A stretch of DNA of 64,000 bases from Asterias rubens (taxonomy: Eukaryota): the NCBI RefSeq assembly GCF_902459465.1, contig NW_022985693.1, positions 1,178,001 to 1,242,000 on the forward strand, written 5' to 3'. The notes below the pieces were generated by a model that worked only from the letters and a program-made list of their open reading frames with translations, was not told the DNA's origin and searched no databases. The position numbers and the translations under genes are program-made. Shown here one piece after another: positions 1-13,500 of this stretch; the stretch's first letter is position 1, and each line of letters opens with the position of its first letter.

Positions 1-228
1 TTTTTGTTTTTTTGTTTTTTTTGCGTTAGAGGTATGTCCGTGTTGTTCACAGTATAGCTTCATAATTTTTATCCTGTTTTGTCTTGAAAATTGCAATAAT
101 TGTTTATTTGGTTTTGTTTCCCCATGATTTATGTTAAAATTCGTTAGGCCCTCGATTATGTACACGGAGAAGACTGTCCACAAGTCAATTCATGACATGT
201 AATTGAAATGAAAGCAAGGTATTTTGCC

Positions 229-592
229 TTAAAGGCAGTGCACACTATTGGTAATTACTCAAAATAATTATTAGCATAAAACCTTTCTTGGTGACAAGTA
301 ATGGGAATGGGTTGATGGAATAAAACTGAAGTGAAGTAGTTTTCGAGAAAAGAAGTAATTTTCCACGAATTTGATTTCGATACCTCAGATTTAGAACTTG
401 AGGTCTCGAAATCAACCATCTAAACGCACACAACTTCGTGTGACAAGGGTGTTTTTTTTCTTTCATTATTATCTCGAAACTTCAATGACCGATTGAGCTC
501 AAATTTTCACAAGTTAGTTATTTTATGCATATGTTGAGATATACACCAACTGTGAAGGCTAGTCTTTGACAAATAGTGTCCACTGCCTTTAA
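229..592. mobile_element. Non-autonomous TTAA-target TIR element (Kolobok-like MITE), family A
   Basis: TTAA|AGGCAGTG...CACTGCCT|TTAA; TTAA TSD with RR..YY ends is the Kolobok signature; many relatives in window. Confidence 0.75.
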
Positions 593-1425
593 TGTTGTAG
601 ATTATTAATGGGTTAATCTCAAATGCTTCAATAAACCTCCTCAATCTAATTCACTCCTCTGGAATACTTACCACGGGCAGCCACAATTTTGTTCAAATCG
701 TTCAATAATACTTGGAGGACGCAAAACTGGTGTAGTAGAAGTGAACTCCTTAAAATATCGATTCAGAAAGCACGATCAAACGAATTTGAATGCACACACT
801 GAGAGGAAAAAAACGTTTGCTCATTGATGACCATGCCTCTCTAACAAAATTGAATGCTCTCATCGATCTAATTATTTGAATTGAGCCTTTTTGACCAGTG
901 AATCTGAACTGCTGAAAGTGAATTACTCAGAATATAAAGACTGTTGAATGCAAAAGAAATTGAATGAGCCGGTGTTAATGAATCCTTTTTTTGTTGAAAT
1001 TTGCCGGGCAAATCTTTACTAGAAACTTTTATCAAAATCTATTTCAAAATGTGAAGAAGGCTTCGAAGCTAAATGTGGTTTTGGCGCATAAAAATATGTC
1101 ACCTCAGAGGAAGTAAATTTGAAAGCAAATATTCGACCAAGGTTTTGTCACAACTTCTTTTGCAATTTGCCAAAATGAATTTTTCTGAAGGGTGTACTGT
1201 GTGCAGTTATTCTATTCAAAGTCATCCACTCGTTGTGCTTTCGCGTTCACACTTCACTGAGCATTCATTGTGGGTCTTGCTGACCGGCCACTGCAATGAC
1301 TTTTTGTATTATATGTTTTATACACTACAAAAATAAATGTGAGTTTGCTTTTGAACTCATAACTTTGGTATTGGCGCTATCGTGAGTAAAATACTCTCTC
1401 AGCAGTCCGCGACCGGGTTGTGTAA

Positions 1426-1569
1426 ATGATGGCGCGGCCGGCAGATCAGCAATTGCTGGTGTTTGCAATTACTTTGTTTCTCTGCCTGTCCGTGGAAGCT
1501 TTCCATTACAAAGGAGGAAGCATTAGTTGGAGAATTGCTGGGTACAATGCTGAACAGACTGAAGTAGAC
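1426..1569 (+). CDS. Exon 1: signal peptide + mature N-terminus
   Basis: MMARPADQQLLVFAITLFLCLSVEA-FHYKGGSISWRIAGYNAEQTEVD, donor GTAAGT, phase 0; joins in frame to 12128 across a 10.6 kb intron. Confidence 0.85.
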
Positions 1570-4500
1570 GTAAGTCCAAATTGCATAGTTAAATAACTCT
1601 GTGATGAAGCCAATGCCGAAACAAACGCAGAGTCTTGTATTTTAGGGAAATATTGCCAATATACCTTTATAGGTGAAGAGTATATTCTGAACACTATCAG
1701 GAACCCATAGCTTGTTGCTGTTGTATCTTTGTACAGATTTTGAAATCCTCTAGTTTGGAATTTGAAAATGTCTTCTTATTTTTTTGTTTTTTAAAAAACC
1801 GTATTGCCTTTGGTATTTTGAAATTTTCGATTGTTTAAACCGATATAAATGTAGATACAAGAAATCTATATACATGAAAAATTTTCATTTTCAAAATGTT
1901 GTATTGTTATTGTGCCCTTTGTAAAGGGGCAGGCAGCCCTCTCAGTCTCAAATATTTACAAAGCTTGCATGCAGGCATAGCGTCGTGCAATGTGCTGTTT
2001 GGACTAAACGATTTCCTGTTTCAGTTCTATGAAGCTTCAGACAACACTAGTCGTAAAAAAGGTCAAAAAATAGTCAATGTAAAAAAAAAGTACAAACCAT
2101 GGACAAAGTAATGTTACCTTAAAATGAGCCAGATATTTGAGATCAAAGATCTCCGACATCGGTAGTTTTCAATGGCTTTTGCTTCGCAGTTTAATCAGGA
2201 ATAGTACGATCTTGGCAGCTGGATAGTTTTATTCTTTCCTCAGTTATTTCTTTTTACCCACTAACGAATGGTTTAACAGGCGCGGATCCAGGGGGGGGGG
2301 GGGGGGGGGGGGGGTGGGGGGGCGCACGCTCCCCTGTTTTGTCGGGCAAAAGAAAAAAGAAAAAAAGGAGGGAGAAAAAAAGAGGAAAAAAAAGGCAGGG
2401 ATGAGGGGGGACGACACATACCTGGGTATTTTTTTTTTTTGTAAAAAAAAACCTATTAATAACCCGTCGTAGGCCTACCTTGTACACACTATTTTATTTT
2501 GGGCAACCATTATTTCACTCACAGACACTGTCTCATGAGGAATTTAACGTTAATCTGGGCGTGTGGAAAGCGTGTTTACCGCCGTGAATTCGTCGCGATC
2601 ACCATTTCCATCGCCCAGCCCTGATTTCGAGGAGGCGAAAAATCACACGCCTGATCCCTCTCGAAAATGCACGCCCCTGGCATACATTTCCGGTGTACAT
2701 TGTAAAATAAATTAACGTCGTAAAAACTGTTTTTTGTTTGTCTTCTTCAGTAATTAATATTAATGACCATGTTAACAATTGCTTTGTCTGAAAATGCAAG
2801 TATTTTGATACCACAGTTATAAATGTGCAAAACATTGATCGCCACCGTTTACACAGCAGATTGGGGAAAAACTATAGCGGCCCATTAATCGGTCCAATCC
2901 ACTTCTTATCCTTGGCCAAAGCACCTGGTATACAATTCTTCCGCTTTTTGAACGAAAAAACACGATCTGCAACGATCTGCAACGACCAGTGCACTAAAAA
3001 TGGTGTAGACCTGTTACAAAATAATTATCGGCCGTTGATGGGAACTCATGCTTTTTTGGTTCATGTGAATTTCTCCATTTTGGTTATTCTCAAAAATTTC
3101 CCATGGGTAAACCTGATTTTAAATTAATATTATTGGAAGTCAGTAGTGCATCTCCATAGAAATATTATGCTCTATTCTCTCTCTGCATCTGTTAACAATC
3201 CTGTTTTGTTATTATTTTTTAATCATGGCTATAGTTTGTTGGGTATATCAGTCCCACTAGCGCATAAAGCCAAAAAAATCCCCGCTTGACGTAAGCTCGG
3301 AATTCACTGCTTGCCTACGGTAAGCAGAGTCATGAAATTTTGCCCAGCACATGCCTAGTGGAATTTGTTTCATATTTATTTTAGTTATACCTTTATTTAA
3401 CCAAAAAATTGAGAAGAAACAACTTTCCCATTGAAAGCACTAACGACAGTGCCAATTTAGTAATACAGAAAGAAAAAAGAAGAAGCTGTTTACCGAAAGT
3501 GTATTGGTTACATTTTTTAATCTAAAAACTAAAACCGCACAGTCACGAGTTTGAAAACTTTAGTTATGACCTATAGAAAAGGGCGGCGAGAAAAACACAC
3601 TTTTGTTTGGTGGGTGTATGTTTGTGTCCCTGCGTTCCCAAATCAGTGATCCGTACTGCTCCGCATTGATCTATTCATATACCGAACTATAGTATTATGA
3701 ATGCTTGGTACGGTTAACTCAAATTCTGTGTATTCCAAGGTGTGGTTTATTATTTTTAAAATACTAGTTGAACTCAAATAATATTGGTTTGCTTGGCGCA
3801 AGACCGCCAAGACAACTTTAAAAAGGTTAGTTATATCATTTTGAACACTGTGAATTATGAAATACCGGTCGCTTGACAGGGTATTAAGCGCGTGCGATAA
3901 AGACCCGGCATACTTTATCCAATGTGACAGGAGTTCCTGTGCCCCCCCCCCCCCCCCACCACTAATTGCGAAATGTGTACAGACTTTTTCTAAAAGCACA
4001 CTCTTTTGAATCCTCATCATGCGTAACTTCCCATTATGGAGGCAGAATCTCCGGCGGACAGAGTATCCCTGGGACACTGGATCCAAGCTTTGTTTGATGT
4101 TGTCAAGCTTTTTTATTGCGAAGCCGAAGCCAAAGCTCAGGCCGGAATTTGAAGAAGGTCTTTAGGGAAAAGGTACAAAAACATTTTTTTTTTAACGAAC
4201 AAAAACAATTGTCGTTCGGGCCGGCCGAGCACCTTAATAATACCGTGTTGTTTATTTATGGGAATAAACAGCACTGAGATGGCCAGCCTAGGTCTCTACG
4301 GGTAATGGCCTTGGGGTCGACCCAGGGAAGCTAAACGAACGCACCCAGTGATTACTACCAACATAGACTTGATTCAAGTTATTCTTCTGTATCTCCGCCG
4401 TATGGACCCCGCCTTTTTGGCTCGTTCGTTTAGACACAATTAGCAGCCACCAACCAACCGGTCGTTTCAATACAGCCATTCTACCTCCTTGATACAGCTA

Positions 4501-7500
4501 TGTAGCTACGGCTACGGCTCGATCGACTGCCATAATTATTTTCCGACTCATACAACAATCTGTCTGATTCGGTTTTAACAAAGATCCGTATGGTATTTAA
4601 AAAAAGAATTGTTATATTATTTAAAAAAAGCTGTTGGTGTTTATAAAAATGTTTCCATAACTTCATTTTCTGTATCTTGTTGACGTAAGGAGGGATATGT
4701 TAATAATATATTTTATCCCGCATTTTCACAAACATTTAGTAGGCCTACCGTTTTGATCCAGAACCATAAACTAACCAATTGCAACGACAGTATGTCGGAA
4801 CCATCTCCATTATTCAGTCAGTATAATGGAGATCAATGATCGATGAAACCTCTGATGATGTAACCTCCACATGTTTTACCTAAATAACTGTTATTTGATG
4901 TATTTTCAACCTTTTCATTTTTGTTGTGCATAAATAAACACCCGGCCCAACACCTCAACAAACAAACAATTTGTGATAGAGCTATAGCTCTACACACAGG
5001 GTGCGTTCGTTTAGATTCCCTGGGTCGACCCCGGTGTGTGGCGGTTGGGCCCACGTTTGTCCTGGAAAAAAAACCCACCACACACCGGGGTCGACCCAGG
5101 GAAGCTAAACGAACGCACCCTGTGATTACTACCAACATAGATTTGATTCAAGTTATTCTTCTGCATCTCCGCCACAAACACGCCCCCACACATCACCAAA
5201 GATACAATGGGTGCGTTCGTTTAGCTTCCCTGGGTCGACCCCGACGTGTGGCGTTTTTTTTATATCCAGGACGAATGTGTGGAGATAATTACCCACGTTA
5301 GTCCTGGAAAAAACCAAGCACACCGGGGTAGACCCAGGGGAGTTAAAACCATCCATGAACGAACGCACCCTATAAAAGCACGCACCCTAACCTCGTGTAG
5401 CCTGACTACTGAGGGCGCTATTGTAATGCACCATTAATGTTATCGTTTTTGTCAATACACATACACACACATCCCGTGCCTCTCTCTGTTGTGTACACCG
5501 AATCAGCAGTGTAATAATTTATATCGGAATATTGTCAGTACAGTTTTAAGTACCTGAACCAGGCTTTATGTGCACAACAATTGGATGCTTTTGTTAACAA
5601 ATACTACCAAACCGAGGTTAGTTAGAAAGAGATGCTAAGTAATAAAAGTAACTGATGCATTAGACCATGGAGGTCGAATTAGATTAGACCCAGAAACTGG
5701 GGCGCTGTACTCGACGACAAAGAATGTCAATGTCAAAATTTCGAAAAAAGGAGTACAGTGCCCAAGTTACTCAGTCTACTGATGCATAGTTTGTTAGTTT
5801 CGTGTTTGGTAGACTATAGTTGCGATAACGTAAACGTAACGTACGTTACAATAGAGAGGTTTCGCAGAGTCACCGAAACTCTTACGTGAATGGATACGTC
5901 ATAATACGTCATCACCTTTGGGAGGTCCATGTGGTGATGATAACCGTTGTACACAACAAGTTAGAAATAGAATAGTCGCTCAAAACGGGAATCTGTCGCC
6001 ATACACGTATTAGTAAACGAGTTTATTTTGTTCATGTTTTTGTAGCGGATTGTTATTTTTTAATGTACCAGGTTTTCACCATGTCTATTAATTAGAGGTA
6101 TCATACATGGATGTAGTTGGACATTTTGTAACCACCATGCTTCGAAAAAGAGAAATGGCGATTAATTGTCCATGGGTGCAGCCATTTGGTTAATAGCGCC
6201 CTCTTCAGCCTCAAGCTGAGGGTAAGTTAGCTGAGAGTATTCGTTAGAATTTTGCGCAACAAAACTACATAGCTCACTTGACGCGAACGCGTATGGTTTG
6301 ATATCTGTATGCAGATTCGTATCCGCGACTCTGTGAAACATCTGTTATCGCAACTAGGTAGACTAGAGACTCTACAAAAACCCACCTACGTACCAATGTT
6401 TTGGTTTTCAGTTGCAATAAAAAGAAGTATAGCTCTCTTTTGTTTTTAACAACGATCGGTCGTCCTTTCTCTTAACTATGATTGATGAATCTGACTTGAG
6501 GAAATGATGATGTTAAAGAGAGACATCTGTTGAGTTAAGTATTCCAGCCCAAAAAAGTGGGCTACAGCTCTATATGCGTTCATGGAGGAATAAGATTTAA
6601 GAACACCATCCATGCATGCATTGCATGTTTTTTTAGTGAACACTCGTTTTTAGTTACATACATGATACAGTTTGCATTTAGGGTGGTAAAGTTTACATGG
6701 TAAACCGGCAGGATCTTTAAGTGAGGACTTAAGCCACTTATATATTTGAGTCATTGCAGCACGAATGTTGAGTAGGACTGCAGTTTCCATGTCAATCACT
6801 TCATCAATATCAGTAGGCCTATTATTACTGGTATTTAATAATAAAAAACACCTCATCAATAAAGTGGCTGTCTATAAATGGGCAATTCCACCAAAAAGTG
6901 TCCTCGGCCAAAAATATTGAAGTCAAATTTGTGGAGTTAAATTTAAAGGAGCAAGAAAGAGTGGTACCTAGTGATTTCAAATCTATGTTTGTTTCATTTT
7001 TTTCTTCTTGGTTTTCCATGTTTTTCATCGTTTATTAAAAAAGCTTTTTTTTTGCCAAATTCATGATTTTTGGGAAATGTTTGGCACAGTTGTCTATTAT
7101 GCCCTCCTGGTTACATTTTAGATGATATTTTAATTATTCTTGGCTTAAAACATATAACTGGTGATAGGTATTCACAATTTTAAAGGAACTTCATTGTAAA
7201 TTTATTCACAGGGTGCTCCCACTCGTTTTAATTAGCCATTAATTACCAATTATGAAATGTAATGTCCATGACATTGCATGGTGTTTAGTTTTATATTCTA
7301 AAGCCAGTAAGAGATATTTTCATGAGACTTCATACGCAAAGCTAGTTTTTAGGGGCTAATCCTATAATGCAAGAAAATTAATAAAAAATTTATTACAATT
7401 GTGCTAACGAGCGTCATGGACATTACATTTAGCGTCATGGACATTACATGTCACCTGACACTTACCTTTTTGAAGGTAAATGCTACAATATATCAATTGG

Positions 7501-10500
7501 ACCTATTGTAGGTAAATCTTGACTAGTCAAAGAGAACATTTGTCATAGACCTCATCAGAAATTTGTTTCAAGCTCATGTTTAGCAGCGCGTTTAGTGGCA
7601 ACATCGTGCACAGATTCTACAAACTGACAGCCCAAATCCGAGCTTTTCAGGTGAGTTTTCTCATGGAACTGTTCTTTCCTAAAAACATTCAAATGACATT
7701 TTACATACTGAAATGTATGTGAACTGTTGGTGAGGCATGTTTAAATGAATGTAGGACATTATAAACACACTTTATCATCAAAGAAGATTTCTCAAGGCCT
7801 AGGCGTAATGCAGATTTGTACACATCTACGGATAGCTTGGATACAAAGGCGTCATACATAAAGTTATTTTTTATTGTTACATAATTTCAGAATGGCTAAG
7901 ACTCGAGTAGAGAGGCAGAAAAAGTATAGAGAGAAAACAAGACAAAATCTTGAAACATGATTGTGATAAACAAAGCCCCATGCAGCCAATCTTTCCCTCA
8001 TTTGTTGTTCTCCGTTCTTGTTTTGCATGTCAATCTAGGTGGATTGTGTAGAGGATGACCTCAATGACTGTCTCGTATTTGGAAAACTAAGGAAGCAGCT
8101 ACATTTGGCCTGTTCCTCCCAAGAAGTCATCCCAACTCATTTTAACTGATCTTCTAGGAATTGTTCACCCAGTCTTGAACATCGCAGTATCCAGATCAAC
8201 TTTGAAAATGACAGAAACCTTTAATGTTTAATTTCCATTTACTGTCGTCACAAAATGTTTACGCAAGATGTTCAGTATATTACTCAAGATGAACAATCAC
8301 CTTGTGAGAAACACATAAAAGGGAATTATGTGAAAGATAATTAGAAAAGACAGGTTACTTCATGTATACCTACATCTTTGGTCTATCATAACTACTCCAA
8401 GGCAAAAGCCAGCCTGGTTAGATGTGGACGGAAAGTGCAAAAAGGGGACTTACCGAGGGGCGGAGTTTAAGCGAGATTCTGGGGGAGTTTTGGTTCTTAA
8501 AAATGTTTGGAAGAGATTAAACATTAAGATAGGGACATTCATTATACTTTAAAACACATATTAACAGCAAGGCAGCACATGGGTTGACAAATTCAGGGTA
8601 AAAGCATGATGCATCATTTTACAAGTTTGACGTAATGTCCATGACGCTAAAAATAACCCAAAATGTCCATGACGCTCTATTAAGACGTGTAACAAGAAAG
8701 TTGACAGGTTTTCATCACTGTTCATGTTAACTACTTCCCTGTTTAGAAAATAAAAAGGTATTCTAAAAAATTTGAACTTTAACTTCACAGAGTTTTGGAA
8801 TTGAGTGTGTTGTACCCAAAACCCACTTCCGTTTTTCGTAATGTCCATGACGCTCGTTAGCAATGCTCTGACTCCTTAATTAATTTGAACTTTTCCAAAT
8901 ACATAGTATCATTTGACTTACTAGGACACAAGATACTAGTATGAAACACAAAACTATATATCAAAGCTACTTGGTGTGTTTAACTGACCAACAAAGTTCT
9001 AAAAATGTCTCCGAACGTCCATGACGTGGAATTGCCCAAATGTCTGTGCTGTTTTGAGTTTCAGTTTCTGGAAAAGCAAACTTTCTGTTGACTATTTATT
9101 GTTGACCACAATTTTATTATTATTACTAGGGTTTATTAAAAAGACTGCTGATTGATTGCAGCCTACTAGCTGAATTACAAAACAGTTTACATTAAAGTTT
9201 AAAGGAATACAAAAAGGTCATCTAAAGTCAGTCCGCGCAAAGTGCAGATAATGCAATGTTGCATTATTGTGCAACATTGAGTAGCAGAATTGAGCAACGT
9301 TGGCGAATTGCACTACTTCAAAGTTGCACTATTCTGCAACTCTTGCATTCAAGCACAAAAAGGGAATCAAAAAAGGCTTTGTTGGAATAGTTAAATTCAT
9401 ATAATAGTATCGTTAAGTTCCTTACCCAACTTTCTATCTGTGCAAATCAAAAAAGCTATCGGTGCGTTTTCGCACAAATGGCTTTTGAAAATCACCATTT
9501 TACTGTGTCAGATTGTATCCTCGTCCAGTGCTATTTATTTATAACGACTATAATTTTAAAAATAACATCATTTAGAGTCAATAAAAATATAATGCTACAG
9601 TTTTGAACAATTTAATATTTTAATGTTAAAATTTAATAAAATATAAGCTTTATCGATGTTAAGTTTTTAAATGTATTGACGTGCCTAACCATTTATGAAT
9701 TGCGCGAAACATAAACAGATGGCGGGAGACTTGGAAGAGCCTAGTAAATAATAACCGTTTTAGTAACTTGCTCCTTGTCTTTTCTGAAGTAGTTTGGATA
9801 ACAAATTTTTTATGTAGATGAGTATTTTATATTAAAGCAGGGAACCTAAGTAAATATAGTGACAACTTTGGCAAGGGTAGGCTGGTCTGTGTTCAAAGCT
9901 ACCGTAGTTTGAAACTTGAGATCGGCCGATGCCACACCAACCCAACATCTAGGCATCAGTAGGCTAGTCCACCTTACAGAATTTTTCACCCCATCGCTGG
10001 CAAGACAATGGGTCATGTGCCTTAGAAGATTGGACATGAAATCTCTTGGGAGACGCTGGCAGCACGAAGGTAGTGGCCAGGGGTGTGTTGTTTTCACCAG
10101 GGGGATGATTTACGCCGGACAAGTTCGTTGTGCATGCTGGACCCAATATATTTTGGAGGTTGTGAGTGGGGGAGATGTGCAGGCGGGTCTCTAAGCCAAA
10201 TGTATCCCGGCCCGTCCCATTGACATAATTGATTTAAAACAGTAGACTTATTAATAAGTAATTATTTAAATTGTAAAAGTGTAACATTGTTATAGTTGCT
10301 GCCTTCGATTTGATTTGAAAGCCACATTTTTTGTTGATTTTTAAAGACTTATAAAAAAAAATCAAGAAATGTTTTCACTTTGATTTACTAATATTGTGCA
10401 ATCTTGATTTATCATTACCATAAACAAAACTTGATTTGATCAGTTAGGCAATTTTATTCAAGTGTTTTTGTATTTTAGACACATTTTGAATTATTTTAAG

Positions 10501-13500
10501 TGACCATGCAGTTTGCAATTTGTCATTTTATATTTTAATTAAATCATTCAACCACTGTCAGTAAATTTGTCTAGAAATAACTTTACTTTAAACACAAGTT
10601 ATAGTATATAATTACTATTTATTGCTCTTTCAATGTTGAAACCTAGAAAATGTACACTTTTGAAAAAAACTTAGAAAAAAATAAACAATTTGAGGGTTGA
10701 TAATTATAATAATATAGGTATTTATATAGCGCCTTTAACAAAGATCAAAGCGCTGAACAATAAACAAGAACAATACAAAGAAACAAGAAACACAAAACAA
10801 CAAAGGACTAATGACGAGGCTGACAGAAAAAGTAGGTTTGCGATTTTTCTTGAAAATGGGAGTAGAATATGATTCCCTGATGAGTTTAGGTAACTTGTTC
10901 CATTCCTTCGGCCCAGTCAGGGAAAAAGATTTTGAGCCGCAGATCGAGAAGGCCTGTGCTCACAGAGAAGGGATTAAAACTTCATTATAAATATAAAGAC
11001 AAAAAAGAACTTATCAATGTTCAGAAATAATTGTATTTATTATAAAGAAATTTATTACAATTAAAACCTCAATGTAAATACAGAATATAATTGTGTAGCT
11101 TAAAAAAAATAATAAACCTTTAAACTAGACGCTATTCTCCTGTGTAGTATTAGCTCCCCCCTAAACACCTCCCCCATCCTCCACCCATACCCAACCCCAT
11201 CCCCAACCAGCCCAACTATCCTAAAACAACAATAAAGTTGTTTGATTTTACCCTCAGACCATAAGCTGATTACACATTGACAGTATTTCATCTAGTTTTC
11301 AACGTAGCTTCAATTTTTCTACTTTTACACCGGAAGTTGCATTATTGCGCTACTGGTTGCACAATAATGCAACATTGCATTATCTGCACTTTGCGCGGAC
11401 TGAAGTAAACCGTATGAAATAAAACTGAGAGGTATTTTTAGGAAATCAAAATGCACAAAGCACATAAAAATGTTGCACAGGAGGCCATGTAAAATACAAC
11501 AACATTCTAAAAAGCACACAAAACTACAGTTCGACATACTTGTATACAACAGAATTCAGGTATTGAAAAAAAGAGTGAAAATCACTTTCAATTTGACAAA
11601 GGTTGCACTTGGTTGGAACGATAACTGCCGGATCATACAATTCATTATTTGATGCTTGATTTCAAAGGACACTACTCAACATCTGTGACATCTGTAGGAA
11701 AATAGTTTTACTTAGTTTTTTGGGTCAGGGAAGATTATGTAGTAGGCGATACTATATTTGTTTACATGTCTACATCATGCATAGAAACCTTCAAGATTCT
11801 TACGGGGCTCGAGGATATAGATGCCAGCAGTCTATTCACACCCTCACAAACTATTAACACAAGAGGCCATGACATGAAGCTCTTCAAAAAAAGCTAAACA
11901 AAGGGCTCAATCTCAGAAAACACTTCTTCACACAACAAGTTGTAGATAACTGGAATAGACTCCCAGCCAAAGTGGTCAAAGCCAAGACAACCAATCAGTT
12001 CAAAAACAGCTTCAACAAATACCTGAATGAAAATGGATATGTGGTGTTAATTTATAAGCCTACAATATTAAAACTCCCATCAAACCTTAAGTGTAACCTT
12101 AACTGATTGTTGCCTTTCTCATTGCAGGTAGTAATCTCTCACCGAGTGTCATGGCAAGATTCAAGTTCAGACAGCGTTCGTTGCACACAAGACAGAGTTG
12201 ATACCAAAGCCCGCTATGGTGGAGGTGTTATGACCTGTCAAGGTTCTGGTACTGTTGAGTGTCCAGAAACCACCTTGGCTGGTGGTAGAGATTTTGTTTG
12301 TACAGATTATAATGTTGGTGCAGTATGGAGCTCTGGTGTCAACAGTATAACCCAACGCTTCCCTGTGCCAGGCACAGCCAGTGATTCGTACTTTGTGGGG
12401 TTAGTATTGTGTTTCATTATTTTTTTAGATTGGTATGTTCTATTTCTCTCAAACTGAACACCTTGGTAGTTTATTTAAGTTGTACTCTAGCTAGATTGAA
12501 AAGTACGTTTGTGAGATGATGTAACTTGTTGAGGTGGTTAAAACAAAGTCATATGTCAAACCCAAATTCTTTAGTTTGCCTTAAAAATGCCAGTTTTAAA
12601 ATTACTTCCTACATGTAGTCTTGGCGTTAAAAGGACATGTTGCCTTGAATCGGTCCAGTTGGTCCATGAAAAGCATTTGTAAACCATTTGTTATGAAATC
12701 GATATAGTTAGAAAGATGTTTTAACAGTAGTATATAATGATCCACACAAACATGATTCAAAATTGCATGGTTTTCCTTTTACTTTGCTAATTAACACGGT
12801 CAGCAACTTTAATGGAGTCAAAAACTTTACTCCATAAAATGGCATGCCCTGCTAGGAAAACAATGCAATTTTGTGTGGATCAGTATATTTTTATTTAAAA
12901 CATCTTTCTAACTATGTGCATTTTGTAACAAACACTTTTCATAGACTATTTCGCCCCATCCCAGGCAGCGTGTCCCTGTAAGCAGAGTATTTTCATAATT
13001 TCTAATATGGAGGATCTTGATTGTCCACTGGTAGTATTCGACCTTCACAGGTGATTCAGTGTTGTGTGAATGGGAAAGTTGTTATAACCGAGTTCCTGCA
13101 TATTCAAGGTTTGCATAATACTGGTACTTCATGACATTATTTTTGGCATGCATTTGTAAAGGAGACACATCCTATTCCACACATCAGTTCTGATACATGT
13201 AAATCTAATGGTTATGTTGTTTCCTATTTCAACAATTGGCAGGTATCAGGGATGCTGTTGGGCAGATGATATAACGGGAGGAAACTATGGTCTCATGACT
13301 GCCATCAATCTTTCACCACGGTTGGACAATGGACTGTTGAACTCCTCACCCAAAACAACAATGTTCCCAGTTGTCCGAATACAGCGTGGATGTACAGAAA
13401 ACATCAGAATCCCAAGTAACTACACAATTAGGATATTCAACTTTAAGTATTACTTACTTTCACTTCCACTAGGTCCTTGCTTCAAATCCCACCAGGGGCA

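Noticed and set aside
2290-2316. Long G run as a functional G-quadruplex or Pro-rich ORF (2254-2487)
   Set aside because: Homopolymer inside a GGCGCGGATCCAGGGG-type repeat head; length is unreliable and nothing indicates function.
3643-4086. 147-aa minus-strand ORF in intron 1
   Set aside because: No recognisable motif or splice context; the Gly run comes from a poly-C tract. Left unexplained rather than called a gene.
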